A stretch of 64,000 bases of DNA from Candidatus Binatia bacterium. GTDB taxonomy: Bacteria > Desulfobacterota > Binatia > UBA9968 > JAJDTQ01. Positions 36,898-46,823 of the stretch are shown piece after piece. Location: the NCBI GenBank assembly GCA_963666515.2, contig OY762897.2, positions 288,001 through 352,000 of the forward strand, written 5' to 3'. Both the position numbers and the translations under genes were made by a program. The stretch's first letter is position 1; each line of letters begins with the position of its first letter. The notes under the pieces are model-generated. The model saw only the letters and a program-made list of their open reading frames with translations, did not search any database and had not been told where the DNA came from.

Positions 36898-37617
36898 CTA
36901 TGCCTCCGCCGGCCGCTCGGCGCGCCATGCGTGCAGGTACTGCACGATCTCGTCCAGCGGCAGCACGTCGGCGTACTTCTGGTTCATGTCGAACAGGTTG
37001 ATGGCGTGGCAGGCCTCGTGACGGTCGAATACGCACTCCTCTGCCACCACCATACGGAAACGGTAGGTGCAGCCGTCCACCACGCTGGCGCGGACGCAAC
37101 CGCTGGTGCTCTCTCCGCAGGCGATGACGGTGTCGATGCCGTGCTGGTTCAGGTGCGCTACCAAGGGCGTGCCCCAGAACGCGCTGGGCGAGAGCTTGCG
37201 CAGCACCGCCTCGCCGGGTTGCGGGGCCACCTCGTCGATGATGTCGAACTTGGTGCGACGCCGCTCCAGGGCTTCGGCCGACAGGTTGTCCGTTCCTCCG
37301 TCACGGCGGAAGGACCATTCGTCGACGCCGGCGCCGGGTAGGCCGGAGATGTGGATGACGGGGATACCGACCTCTCGCGCCGTCGCCAGCAGCTTCTGGA
37401 TGTGGGGGATGGCGTTCCATCCGGCCATGCCGCAGCTTCCGGGCCACTCCTTGATGGCCTCCAGCACGGACTCGGGCTTGTCGCCGAAGACCCACCGGTA
37501 GAGGTCGATGAGGACCAGGGCCGGCTTCTTGCCGAAGCCGATGGGCCGCGGCGGCTTCATCGCGACGTGGGCCTTGTCCTGTTCCGAAAGAAAACGGTCC
37601 CATACGCGTTCGCTCAT
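36898..37617 (-). CDS. isochorismatase-family cysteine hydrolase (N-carbamoylsarcosine amidase/NicF-like)
   Basis: PALVLIDL, K..PSAF.GT, STSGCVRASVVD (D-K-C triad). Confidence 0.9.
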   Translation of the reverse strand: MSERVWDRFLSEQDKAHVAMKPPRPIGFGKKPALVLIDLYRWVFGDKPESVLEAIKEWPGSCGMAGWNAIPHIQKLLATAREVGIPVIHISGLPGAGVDEWSFRRDGGTDNLSAEALERRRTKFDIIDEVAPQPGEAVLRKLSPSAFWGTPLVAHLNQHGIDTVIACGESTSGCVRASVVDGCTYRFRMVVAEECVFDRHEACHAINLFDMNQKYADVLPLDEIVQYLHAWRAERPAEA

Positions 37618-37744
37618 GATCGGTCTCCTTGTATCGGTCGTTTAGTCGACGCCCGGCGGGCTCTTCGCGCGCCGGCCATGGTTGCTGCTGATCCGTTGCT
37701 GTCGTGGATGCCTTCTGTTGTTCATGACGCTCCGGGCGTGACAG

Positions 37745-38755
37745 TCAAACGGGAGCCAACTCGCGCCACCCTGCCGCCGGCAGTGCCTCGCGCCGGTGCG
37801 GCTCGTCCAGGTGATCCATTGGCGGTCCCAGCGGAACGATGCCTGTGGGGTTCACGTGGGATTGGCTGCCGTAGTAGCCGGCCTTGATCCTGTCGAGATC
37901 GCAGGTCTCCCGTACTCCCGGCCACTGGTACAGTTCGCGCAGATAGCCGCTCAGGTTGGGGTAGTCCTGGACGCGGCGGAGGTTGCACTTGAAGTGGCCG
38001 TGGTAGACAAAGTCGAAGCGCAGCAGGGTGGGGAACGCGCGCCAGTCGGCTTCGGTGATGCGCGTGCCGGTCAGGTAACGGCGTTCGGCCAGCCAACCCT
38101 CCATGGTGTCGAGGCCGTGGAAGACCTTCTTCACGGCCTCCTCGTACGCCTCCTGCGACTTGGCAAAGCCCGCGCGGTACACGCCGTTGTTTACGTGCTC
38201 GTATACGAAGTCGTTGATGCGGTCGATCTCCGCGCGCAGGTCGGCCGGGTAGTAGTCCTCCCCCGCGTCGGTCAGGCCGTCGAAGGCCGAGTTGAACATG
38301 CGGATGATCTCGGACGACTCGTTGTTGACGATGGTGCGGCGTTGGCGGTCCCACAACGTCGGCACCGTGACCTTGCCGCTGTAGTCGGCCTTGGCGGCGG
38401 TGTAGACTTGGTGCAGCCGGAAGACGCCGGCGTCGCCGGGCTCCAGGTCGTCAATCCCCCGCGAATAGGACCAGCCAGCGGTCTTGGGCCGGTCCGCGCT
38501 GGACATGGAGACCACGTCCTCCAGATGCTTCAGCTTGCGCAGGATCATGGCCCGGTGCGCCCACGGACAGGAGGGTGAGACGAACAGGTGGTAGCGCCCG
38601 GATTCCGCGTTGAACCCCCCCTCGCCGGTGGTTCCCGGAACTCCGTCCGCGGTCACCCAGTTGCGGAAAACGGAGTCGTCGCGCACGAAGCTGCCGCGGG
38701 AATCGGTCTGTACCTGCCCGTCCTCGTGCCACTTGCCGTCGATCAAGACGCCCAT
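37745..38755 (-). CDS. yqjG: glutathionyl-hydroquinone reductase (GST, YqjG family)
   Basis: MGVLIDGKW, CPWAHR, TVPTLWD, VNNESSEI, NNGVYRAGFA, NPTGIVP. Confidence 0.92.
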   Translation of the reverse strand: MGVLIDGKWHEDGQVQTDSRGSFVRDDSVFRNWVTADGVPGTTGEGGFNAESGRYHLFVSPSCPWAHRAMILRKLKHLEDVVSMSSADRPKTAGWSYSRGIDDLEPGDAGVFRLHQVYTAAKADYSGKVTVPTLWDRQRRTIVNNESSEIIRMFNSAFDGLTDAGEDYYPADLRAEIDRINDFVYEHVNNGVYRAGFAKSQEAYEEAVKKVFHGLDTMEGWLAERRYLTGTRITEADWRAFPTLLRFDFVYHGHFKCNLRRVQDYPNLSGYLRELYQWPGVRETCDLDRIKAGYYGSQSHVNPTGIVPLGPPMDHLDEPHRREALPAAGWRELAPV

Positions 38756-38940
38756 TCGTTCTCCTCCCGGCGCCGCTGCGGCTCTTCGCCGCCGCGTGCT
38801 TGGTCCCGTGCATCCATGCATACTCCCGACGGTGCGCGGTGGCAAGACGTGACATCTCTTCCCGAACCCTTGTGAGTTGACCGGGGCACGGCTATCCTTC
38901 GGGCTGTTTACACTCGGTTTCGGCGCTCCTTCTCGAGAAC

Positions 38941-40143
38941 ATGTACAGACCGTTTGGGCTTGCACTGCTCGCCGTCCACCTCCTGAGTTCGCTGACGTGC
39001 GCCGCCGAACCCCCGTTGCAGTCGCTGGCGCGGAAGGTGGTAGGCGCCGACCACGGCGTTTTCGTGAAGGCGGAGGACGGCAGGGTGCTGGCGGCGTTGA
39101 ACTCCAGGCGCGCTTACCACCCCGCCTCGGTCACGAAAGTGGCGACGACGCTGGCCTTTCTCTCGAAGCTTCCGCCGGATCGCCGTTTCCGAACGACGTT
39201 TCTCGCCGCGGGTCCCTTGGGCGACGGGACCCTTGAGGGGGACCTCGTGGTTCGATCGGAGGGCGACCCTTATTTCCTGTTCGAGAACGCGTTCCTGGTT
39301 CTGTTGAGGCTCCGGCAAGAGGGGATACGCCGGGTCAACGGCGCCATCCGGGTCGAAGGGTCGTTCTACTTTGACTGGACCCCTGACCCCGCGGGGCACC
39401 GGCTCAGGCGCACGTGGACGGGTCGGTTGGGCGCTCAACGCTGGCCAACCGTGACCGGCGCCCTGTTCCCGGGCAAGCGCCTGCCGCTGGGAGACTACAA
39501 GCTCCGGTTCGGGCGCCGGGTCGCCCGGGAACAGCGCCGGGTGCGCGCCTTGGTCGTGCACGCGTCGCCGCCCTTGCTGCGCCATCTCAAGGATTTCAAC
39601 AGTCACTCCAACGACATCTTTCATGAATTCTCGTACCGGATCGGCGGTCCGGAAACCGTGCAGCGAGTTCTTCGAGAGAACGTACGCGGCGTGCCCCGGG
39701 CCTCCATGGTGATCGACAACGCCGCGGGTGACGGCAGGAACAACCAACTGAGCCCGCGCGCCACGGTGGCCATGTTCGAAGCCCTGGAGAGGACTCTGGA
39801 CAAGCGTGGCCTGTCCTTCGCAGCCGTGCTCCCGGTGGCCGGCGTGGACCCGGGCACGCTTGAGGACAGGCTTGCGGAGTCTCGCTACCGTGGGGCGGTT
39901 GCCGGGAAGTCGGGGACGGTGCGCGTGCTTCGAATATCGACCCTGGCCGGCGTCGCGTACACCCGGAAGTTCGGGCGCACGCTCTTCGCGATCATGACCC
40001 GGGGCCTGCCGCTATGGGCCGCCAGAGAGCGTCAGAATGCCTTCCTGCGGGGACTCCTCGACGCGGGCGGCGCCCGGCCGTTGCGTGCCCGGGACCCGGC
40101 GCGCCCCGCTTTTCTGGAAGCGCGGCTGGAAGCGCCGCGTTAG
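38941..40143 (+). CDS. D-Ala-D-Ala carboxypeptidase, peptidase S13 (DacB-like)
   Basis: PASVTK (SxxK), GDP, GTL..R and GKSGT motifs. Confidence 0.85.
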   Translation: MYRPFGLALLAVHLLSSLTCAAEPPLQSLARKVVGADHGVFVKAEDGRVLAALNSRRAYHPASVTKVATTLAFLSKLPPDRRFRTTFLAAGPLGDGTLEGDLVVRSEGDPYFLFENAFLVLLRLRQEGIRRVNGAIRVEGSFYFDWTPDPAGHRLRRTWTGRLGAQRWPTVTGALFPGKRLPLGDYKLRFGRRVAREQRRVRALVVHASPPLLRHLKDFNSHSNDIFHEFSYRIGGPETVQRVLRENVRGVPRASMVIDNAAGDGRNNQLSPRATVAMFEALERTLDKRGLSFAAVLPVAGVDPGTLEDRLAESRYRGAVAGKSGTVRVLRISTLAGVAYTRKFGRTLFAIMTRGLPLWAARERQNAFLRGLLDAGGARPLRARDPARPAFLEARLEAPR

Positions 40144-40261
40144 GGAACCGTCCTCCTGCCGCGGATTTGTATGTTGCAAGCCACCGGTGTAGGGTCCTTC
40201 GTGACGCGCGTGACGCGTGCGGTTCACTCTCGAAAGATCATGGAAGAGGAGGCATCCACTG

Positions 40262-41110
40262 ATGGCTGACAAACCCCTGGAAGGAAAAGTGGCGTTGGTG
40301 ACCGGGGCCGGCAGCCCCATCGGCTTCGGCCGGCGCATGACGTTCGCCCTGACCGCGGCGGGAGCGCGCGTGGCCATGATGGACGTCAGCGAGGAGTGGG
40401 TCAACCGGACCGCGGACGAGGTGCGCGCGGAGGCCGGCAAGGACAGCGTGCTGCCCATCGTGGAGAGCGTGAGCAGTTGGGAGAGCGCGGCAAGGGCGGT
40501 AGGGACCGCCATCTCCGACCTGGGCGGCCTGGACATACTCGTCAACAACGCCGGAACCAACCCGCGCAACGTCGGCCTGACCACCGAGTTCCGCGAGAAG
40601 TGCTGGGAGGTCTCGCCCGAGGCTTGGCTGCGGGTATTCGGCGTGAACTGCGCGGGCCCGTTCTACATGGTGCGCGCCGCCGTGGGGCACATGATCGAGA
40701 AGGGGTGGGGACGGATCATCGGCGTCACCACCAGCCTGGACACCATGTACCGGGCGTATGGCTCGCCCTACGGGCCGTCCAAGGCCGGCCACGAAGCCTT
40801 CATGGCCACCTTGTGCCAGGAGCTGGAAGGAACCGGGGTGACCGCCAACGTGCTGGTGCCGGGCGGTCCGGCCAACACCAACCTGATCCCCCAGGACGCC
40901 CCGTACCCACGGGATCAACTCATCCAGCCGCCGGTGATGGAGAAGCCCGTGGTATGGCTCGCCTCGGCGGCGTCCGACGGCATCAACGGCAGGCGCTTCA
41001 TCGCCTATCACTGGGACGAGAGCCTGCCGCTGGAAGAGCGCCTGTCCAAGGCCAGCGCGCCCTGCGCGTGGCCGCAGGCCGGTCAGGCCGCCATCGCGCC
41101 GGGTCGGTAA
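40262..41110 (+). CDS. SDR family oxidoreductase
   Basis: VALVTGAG, LVNNAG, YGPSK. Confidence 0.9.
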   Translation: MADKPLEGKVALVTGAGSPIGFGRRMTFALTAAGARVAMMDVSEEWVNRTADEVRAEAGKDSVLPIVESVSSWESAARAVGTAISDLGGLDILVNNAGTNPRNVGLTTEFREKCWEVSPEAWLRVFGVNCAGPFYMVRAAVGHMIEKGWGRIIGVTTSLDTMYRAYGSPYGPSKAGHEAFMATLCQELEGTGVTANVLVPGGPANTNLIPQDAPYPRDQLIQPPVMEKPVVWLASAASDGINGRRFIAYHWDESLPLEERLSKASAPCAWPQAGQAAIAPGR

Positions 41111-41150
41111 GGTCTGTGGGTGTCTGAAATCCTGCGCAGCAGTGGACCCT

Positions 41151-41173
41151 GTAGGGGCGACCCGCGGTCGCCC
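41151..41173 (+). repeat. GTAG-type REP palindrome
   Basis: GTAG-GGGCGACC-cgc-GGTCGCCC, abutting the stop of the convergent gene. Confidence 0.7.
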
Positions 41174-42363
41174 TAGCCGTTGCCCCATATCGCCGCCGCC
41201 GTCTCTACAACCCGGCCGAGCTTGCGCCACTGGTCGTCTTCGCTCAGGGACTCGTGGTAGAGGCCGCTGGCGAAGCCGCATTGCGGGCTCAGGGCCAGTT
41301 GCTCCGGCGGGCAGTGCCGGCTCGCTTCATCCACGCGGTTCCGCAGCTCGTCGACGCTTTCGAGGCGGGCGCTCTTGGTGGTCACCAGTCCGAGAACGAC
41401 GGTCTTGCCGGCGGGCACGAAGCGCAGGGGCTCGAAGGAGCCCGCGCGCTCGCTGTCGTACTCCAGCAGGAAACGGTGGTGCTGCAGGCCGTTGAAGAGG
41501 CGCTCGGCGATGGCGTCGTAATGTCCTTCCCGATGCCACTGCGGCACCAGCTCGCCGGTCTTGGGGTCGTGGGTGCGGGCGTTGCCCCGGCACAGGTGGA
41601 TGCCGAAGGTCACCCCTGGGAAGCCTTCGATCAGGGCGTTGTCCGCGCGGATGGACCGCTCCAGGTTCTCGTCCGGGTCCTCGCCGCGGGAGCGCATGCG
41701 GTCCAATGACACCTGGTCCACATAGGCCGTGTAGCCCGGCGCGTCGATCTGGATGTAGCGGCAGCCCGCGGCCACCAGTTCGGCGATCATGCTCCGCTCG
41801 ATACGCACCACGTCGTCGGTGAACTCGTCCAGGCCGCCGGGGTAGACGGACCGGGAGTCTTCCCACTTGAACCGCTGCGCGATGCGGTCCGGGCCGATGA
41901 GGGTGGGCTTGACCAGATGGCCGGCCATGTCGCTGGCGAACCGGTACTCCTCCAGCGGCAGGTTGCGGACCAGCCGTAGTTTCTCCACCGCCTTGCGCCG
42001 TGTGACGATGGCCGGACCGGCGGCGTTGAAGTCCTGCTCCGCGCGTTCCAGGGGCGTCGTGTTGACGTTCTCGTGGACGTAGAAGCGGATGGATTCCCGC
42101 GGCACGTCGAAGCCGGAGACGCACGCGGAGAAGCTCTCCTGGAAGTTGCGCCGCCGCAACTCGCCGTCGCCCACGACTTGCAGCCCCACGGCTTCCTGCT
42201 TTCGGATGATTTCCTGAATGGCCTCATCCTGAGCCCGCTGCAACTCCTCGTCGTCGGCCTCGTACCGGTCGTGCCGGAGGAAGACCTCCAGGAGCGGGCC
42301 GGGGTGGACCAAGCTGCCGATGTGCTCCGCCCGCAATCCGTGCAAGTCGTTTTCAGTGCTCAT
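41173..42363 (-). CDS. cobalamin-independent methionine synthase II family protein (single barrel)
   Basis: AEHIGSL, DGE.RR, HLCRGN, LEYD, LSPQCGF. Confidence 0.9.
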   Translation of the reverse strand: MSTENDLHGLRAEHIGSLVHPGPLLEVFLRHDRYEADDEELQRAQDEAIQEIIRKQEAVGLQVVGDGELRRRNFQESFSACVSGFDVPRESIRFYVHENVNTTPLERAEQDFNAAGPAIVTRRKAVEKLRLVRNLPLEEYRFASDMAGHLVKPTLIGPDRIAQRFKWEDSRSVYPGGLDEFTDDVVRIERSMIAELVAAGCRYIQIDAPGYTAYVDQVSLDRMRSRGEDPDENLERSIRADNALIEGFPGVTFGIHLCRGNARTHDPKTGELVPQWHREGHYDAIAERLFNGLQHHRFLLEYDSERAGSFEPLRFVPAGKTVVLGLVTTKSARLESVDELRNRVDEASRHCPPEQLALSPQCGFASGLYHESLSEDDQWRKLGRVVETAAAIWGNG

Positions 42364-42408
42364 GGTTTCCTTGGGCGGCGGTTGAGCCGCCGTCGTTACA
42401 AGCCGCCG

Positions 42409-43929
42409 TCAGTCTCCCTGGGCAGCTTCATCTCCCTTGAGTCTGGCGAACCCCGTGCGGATGGACGGCAGGAAGATCAGCACCACCGCGAACACCAGCA
42501 GCGCCAGGGTCATCGGCCGCTGCCATATGAAGCCGATGCCGTCGGTGAGGTTCATGGCGCGCGCGAAGTTGTTTTCCAGCAGCGGTCCGAGGATGAAGCC
42601 GATGAGCATCGGCGCCAGCGGGTAGCCGGCCATGCGCATGATGGTGGCCACGAGCCCCATGCCGGTGAGCAGCAGCAGCTCGGTGGCATTGTTCTGGCCG
42701 ATGTAGCTGCCCATCATGGTGAAGAACAGGATGAACGGGATCAGGTAGTTGCGCGGGATCTCCAGCAGCTTGGCGATGTACGGGATCAGCGGCAGGTTGA
42801 GGATCAGCAGCACCACGTTGCCGAGGTACATGGAGATGATCACCGCCCAGAAGATGGAGGGATTGTCCACCATCAGGCGCGGACCGGGCGCCACGTTCAA
42901 CGCGATCAGGGCGCCCAGCAGGATGGCGGTGGTGCCGGAGCCGGGAATGCCCAGGGTGAGCAGCGGCACGAACGAGCCGGTGCAGGCCGCGTTGTTGGCG
43001 GTTTCCGGCGCCGCAAGTCCCTTGATGGACCCTTTGCCGAACCTGGCCCGGTCCTCCCCCTTGGCGATGTTGCGTTCCACCGCGTAGCCGAGAAACGACG
43101 CGATGGTGGCGCCCGCGCCGGGCATGACCCCGATGAAGAAACCCTGGAGCGACTGGCGTCCGATGACCGGGGCGATCTCCCTGGCCTCCTCGCGCGTGAT
43201 GCGCAGGTTGGCGATCCTGCCGCCGTCGTCGCCCTCGCGTTCCGAACGCTTGGGGTTGAGCACCAGGTACAGCGCCTCGGGCAGGGCGAACAGAGCCATG
43301 GCCAGGGTGATGAAGCTGATGCCGCTCTGCAGGTCCTGGACGCCAAAGGTGAAGCGCGGAGCGTTGAACAGGGCGCTCTCGCCCACGGTCGCCAGCATCA
43401 CGCCCAGCACGGTCATCATCAGGGCCTTGGCCACCTGGCCCGAGCCCGCGAAGGCGGCGATGGCGGCAAGCCCCACGACCATCAGCGCGAAGTACTCGGC
43501 GGAGTGGAACAACAGGGCCACGGTGGCCAGTCCCGGCGCGAACCCCATCAGCAGGATGGCGCCGATGGTGCCGCCGGAGAAAGACCCGATGGCCGCAACG
43601 GTCAGCGCCTTGCCGGCCTGCCCCTGCCGCGCCATGGGGTAGCCGTCGAACGCCGTGGCGACGGTGCCGGCCACGCCGGGCGCGTTGATGAGGATGGACG
43701 AAGTGGAGCCGCCGAAGATGGCGCCGTAGTACACGCCCGCCAGCAGGATCAGCGCCGCGGCGGGGTCGCCGATCTGTATGGCCACGGGGATCATGATGGC
43801 GATGATCGACATGGGGCCGAGGCCCGGCAGCATGCCGATCAGGGTGCCGATGAGGCACCCGGCGACGACCATGAGGAGGTTCTGGATGCTGAAGGCGGTC
43901 GTCAGACCGGCGAGGATTCCTTCGATCAT
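42409..43929 (-). CDS. tctA: tripartite tricarboxylate transporter, large permease
   Basis: GMLPGLG, YYGAIFGGS.SSILINAPG, DGYPMA, PETANNA, LTLGIPGS. Confidence 0.95.
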   Translation of the reverse strand: MIEGILAGLTTAFSIQNLLMVVAGCLIGTLIGMLPGLGPMSIIAIMIPVAIQIGDPAAALILLAGVYYGAIFGGSTSSILINAPGVAGTVATAFDGYPMARQGQAGKALTVAAIGSFSGGTIGAILLMGFAPGLATVALLFHSAEYFALMVVGLAAIAAFAGSGQVAKALMMTVLGVMLATVGESALFNAPRFTFGVQDLQSGISFITLAMALFALPEALYLVLNPKRSEREGDDGGRIANLRITREEAREIAPVIGRQSLQGFFIGVMPGAGATIASFLGYAVERNIAKGEDRARFGKGSIKGLAAPETANNAACTGSFVPLLTLGIPGSGTTAILLGALIALNVAPGPRLMVDNPSIFWAVIISMYLGNVVLLILNLPLIPYIAKLLEIPRNYLIPFILFFTMMGSYIGQNNATELLLLTGMGLVATIMRMAGYPLAPMLIGFILGPLLENNFARAMNLTDGIGFIWQRPMTLALLVFAVVLIFLPSIRTGFARLKGDEAAQGD

Positions 43930-43952
43930 CGGGTCGTACCCCTAGAGGAACC

Positions 43953-44438
43953 CTAGAAGAACCAGGGCCACGGGCGGAGGAAGATGCCGAGCACTTCCTG
44001 CACCAGGTACCAGATCAGGAACGCCGAGAGCAGGGCGACCGGAACGAGCAGGAGGTAGCGCCGCTCGCCCAGTATCATCGCCCCGAGGATCAGAAAGAGC
44101 GTTGTCGTGGTCAGGAAGCCCACGGGTCTGAGCAGCAGGGCATAGGCGATCATGAGCACCAGCAGCAGCACCGCCGGCCCGAGCTTGTACTGCCGGAGGT
44201 TGCCGATGTCGATGTCGTCGTCGGCGGTCTGGCCGCCGGTTACGGAACCGGACTGGATCAGCACCGCAAGCCCCACCAGCACGCCGAGGACGCTCAACCA
44301 CTTGGGGAGCACGTTGGGCAGGAACGCCAGGTTGCGCTCGAAGGGAAGTATCGAGGCCTCCATGACCACGAAGGCCGTGTACCCGTAGATCAGGCAGATG
44401 AGGATGAAAACAAGGGCGATCGCGCGTTCGAGGGTCAT
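43953..44438 (-). CDS. tctB: tripartite tricarboxylate transporter, small permease
   Basis: Four hydrophobic segments; lies between tctC and tctA. Confidence 0.85.
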   Translation of the reverse strand: MTLERAIALVFILICLIYGYTAFVVMEASILPFERNLAFLPNVLPKWLSVLGVLVGLAVLIQSGSVTGGQTADDDIDIGNLRQYKLGPAVLLLVLMIAYALLLRPVGFLTTTTLFLILGAMILGERRYLLLVPVALLSAFLIWYLVQEVLGIFLRPWPWFF

Positions 44439-44477
44439 GAAATCACTCCTCTTCGTCCCTCGCGCCACGGGGAGACA

Positions 44478-44509
44478 AGCCGGGGCGCCCTCCAACGGGC
44501 GCCCCGGCT
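44478..44509 (-). terminator. 13-bp intercistronic hairpin after tctC (terminator or mRNA stabiliser)
   Basis: AGCCGGGGCGCCC-tccaac-GGGCGCCCCGGCT. Confidence 0.55.
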
Positions 44510-44520
44510 GATTTGAGCGG

Positions 44521-45516
44521 TTACTTCAGGAAGCCGAGCTGCTGCATCAAGGTCTTGATCACCTTCTCCTGGTTCTCCAGGAACGCGACGAAATCCTTGC
44601 CCGAGTTGTGGATGTCCACCCAGCCGTTGCGGTCGCGTACGGCCTTCCACTCCGGCGTGGCGTACATGGCCGCGAGGGCCTTGCGGTACAGGTTCGCCTT
44701 GTCTTCCGGCAGCCCCGGGGCGGCGAAGAAGCCGCGCCAGTTGACGAACGTTACGTCGATTCCCTGTTCCTTGAGAGTCGGGGCATCCTTGAACGCCGCC
44801 ACGCGCTCCGGGGCGGTGACCGCCAGGATGCGCATCTCGCCGGCCTTCGCCAGCCCCACGGCCTCCGAGAAACCGGTGGAGCCCGCGGCCACTTCGCCGG
44901 ACAGGATGGCCGCGTTCAGCTTGCCGCCGGCGTCATAGGCAATGTACTTGACTTTTGTGGGGTCGGCCCCGGCGGCCTGGAAGGCCATGGCAATGGACAG
45001 ATGGTCCAGGGACCCGGGCACCGAACCGCCGCCCACCGATACCTGGCGTGGGTTTTTCTTGTAGGCCGCAACGACGTCCGCAAAGTTCTTGTAGGGGCTG
45101 TCCTTGCCGGTGATGATGGCCTGGTAGTCGCCGATGGTGCCGGCGATCATGGTCAGGTCGCGGAAGTTGTGGGGAAAGCGCCCCACCAGCGAGCGGATGA
45201 TGATGGGCGTCGAGTTGACCATCAGGGTGCCGTGGTTGGACGCCGCGTTCTCGATGAGAAAGCCGATGGCCTTGCCGCCGCCGCCGCCGGACATGTTCTC
45301 GTACGAGGCCGATCCGACGATGCCGGCCTTGGTCAGCGCCTCGCCGGTGCCGCGCGCGGTGCCGTCCCAGCCGCCGCCGGCGCCGCCGGGGATGAGGAAG
45401 TGGATCTTGTCGACGATCTGCTCCGCTGCGGGAGTGGGGTTCGCCGCGCTCAGCGCCAGCACGGTCGCGGTGGCGACGGCTACGCCCAGCCGCGTCAGAA
45501 AACGGGTACGTGTCAT
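44521..45516 (-). CDS. tctC: tripartite tricarboxylate transporter, substrate-binding protein
   Basis: Signal peptide, PGGAGGGWD..AR, ENMSGGGG, PTLKEQG, NWRG. Confidence 0.93.
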   Translation of the reverse strand: MTRTRFLTRLGVAVATATVLALSAANPTPAAEQIVDKIHFLIPGGAGGGWDGTARGTGEALTKAGIVGSASYENMSGGGGGKAIGFLIENAASNHGTLMVNSTPIIIRSLVGRFPHNFRDLTMIAGTIGDYQAIITGKDSPYKNFADVVAAYKKNPRQVSVGGGSVPGSLDHLSIAMAFQAAGADPTKVKYIAYDAGGKLNAAILSGEVAAGSTGFSEAVGLAKAGEMRILAVTAPERVAAFKDAPTLKEQGIDVTFVNWRGFFAAPGLPEDKANLYRKALAAMYATPEWKAVRDRNGWVDIHNSGKDFVAFLENQEKVIKTLMQQLGFLK

Positions 45517-45700
45517 GGGATGGTTCCTCCTGTCTGAAAGTGTTAAACCATGGACTGATAACGCAATCGGGACCATTTGTCTAATATGAACGGGCGGGCA
45601 CGGAGTTGCCCCGGCGCGTCGCTCCGGCGAAACTTGTTGTTGATGTCGAGCGGCAAATGGGATAAACAGGCGCAATCGACAAACCCGAGGAGGTGTCTGA

Positions 45701-46702
45701 ATGAATCGGAAAACATTGTTTTCGACGCTGGTTCTGGCGGCCGTGTTGTCGCTGAGCGTCAGTGCGTTCGCGCAGTGGAACATCTCGGTGGTGGGCTCGC
45801 CGGCGGGCGGCACGCTCCAGGTGAAGTCCGAGGGGCTTGGCGAAGCCCTGCGCCGGGCCATCCCCAAGTCGAACGTCACGGTGCCGACCTCCAGTCCGGC
45901 GGCGGGGCTGGCGCTGACCGGCGAAGGCAAGGCGGCGGTGGGCGTGGGCGCTTCGGCGCGCATGGCCGTGAACGCAATTCGCGGGAACGCGCCGTTCAAG
46001 AAGAAGTACGACTTCAAGCTGCTGGCGTTCTGGGGCGCGGACCTCTTCATGTTCGTCGCCACGCCCAAGGCCAACCTGAGCACGTTCCGCGACTACGTGG
46101 CGCGCAAGGCCAAGGACGGCATCTCGGTGGGGCCCAAGGGCAGCGGCTCCTACATGGTGTTCGATGACGTGGCCAACGTGCACGGCACCAACTTCAAGCA
46201 GATGGAAGGGTGGGGCGCGAAGATTCACTATCAATACTCCGCCCCCTCGCTGGAACTGCTCCAGGACGGGCAGATCGAGGGGTTGGGAGGCCTCTGGGGA
46301 CAGCCGAGCGCCCGTATCGTCGACCTCACCAACAACCGGGAGATGGTTTGGGTAGGCCTGGACAAGGAGGCCATCGACAAGCTCGGCGCGGAGTTCGGGT
46401 ATGAGCACGTGAGGCTCGAAAGCCCGGGGGACTTCGGCTACGGCTACAAGTTCGTCAACAAGAAGCCTCTGGATACCGTGCGCATGGCGGACATCGTGGT
46501 CATCAACTCGAACCTGTCCGTGGATCAGGCCTACACCATTACCAAGGCCATCTACGGCAGCAAGGACTTCCTGGTCAACGTGCACGTTTCCTTCAAGGCC
46601 CTGAGCGCGGAGAACACCATCGCCCTGGACAAGGCGTCCAAGGCCTTGAACCTCCACGAGGGCACCATCAAGTATTTCCGCGAAGTGGGTGCCATGAAGT
46701 AG
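45701..46702 (+). CDS. TAXI-family TRAP solute receptor
   Basis: Signal peptide, G.PAGGT, GPKGSG, LHEGTIKYFRE.G; GAGGAGG RBS. Confidence 0.85.
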   Translation: MNRKTLFSTLVLAAVLSLSVSAFAQWNISVVGSPAGGTLQVKSEGLGEALRRAIPKSNVTVPTSSPAAGLALTGEGKAAVGVGASARMAVNAIRGNAPFKKKYDFKLLAFWGADLFMFVATPKANLSTFRDYVARKAKDGISVGPKGSGSYMVFDDVANVHGTNFKQMEGWGAKIHYQYSAPSLELLQDGQIEGLGGLWGQPSARIVDLTNNREMVWVGLDKEAIDKLGAEFGYEHVRLESPGDFGYGYKFVNKKPLDTVRMADIVVINSNLSVDQAYTITKAIYGSKDFLVNVHVSFKALSAENTIALDKASKALNLHEGTIKYFREVGAMK

Positions 46703-46823
46703 CGGCGCCCGGCGGCATGCGCGGGACCGGTTGTCCCGCGCATGCTCCGCGCCGGCGGTGGCGCAGCGCCCGTCGCGGCGCCGTCCCGCACCTCCGACCT
46801 CCGACAACTTTCCTCTCCCGCCC

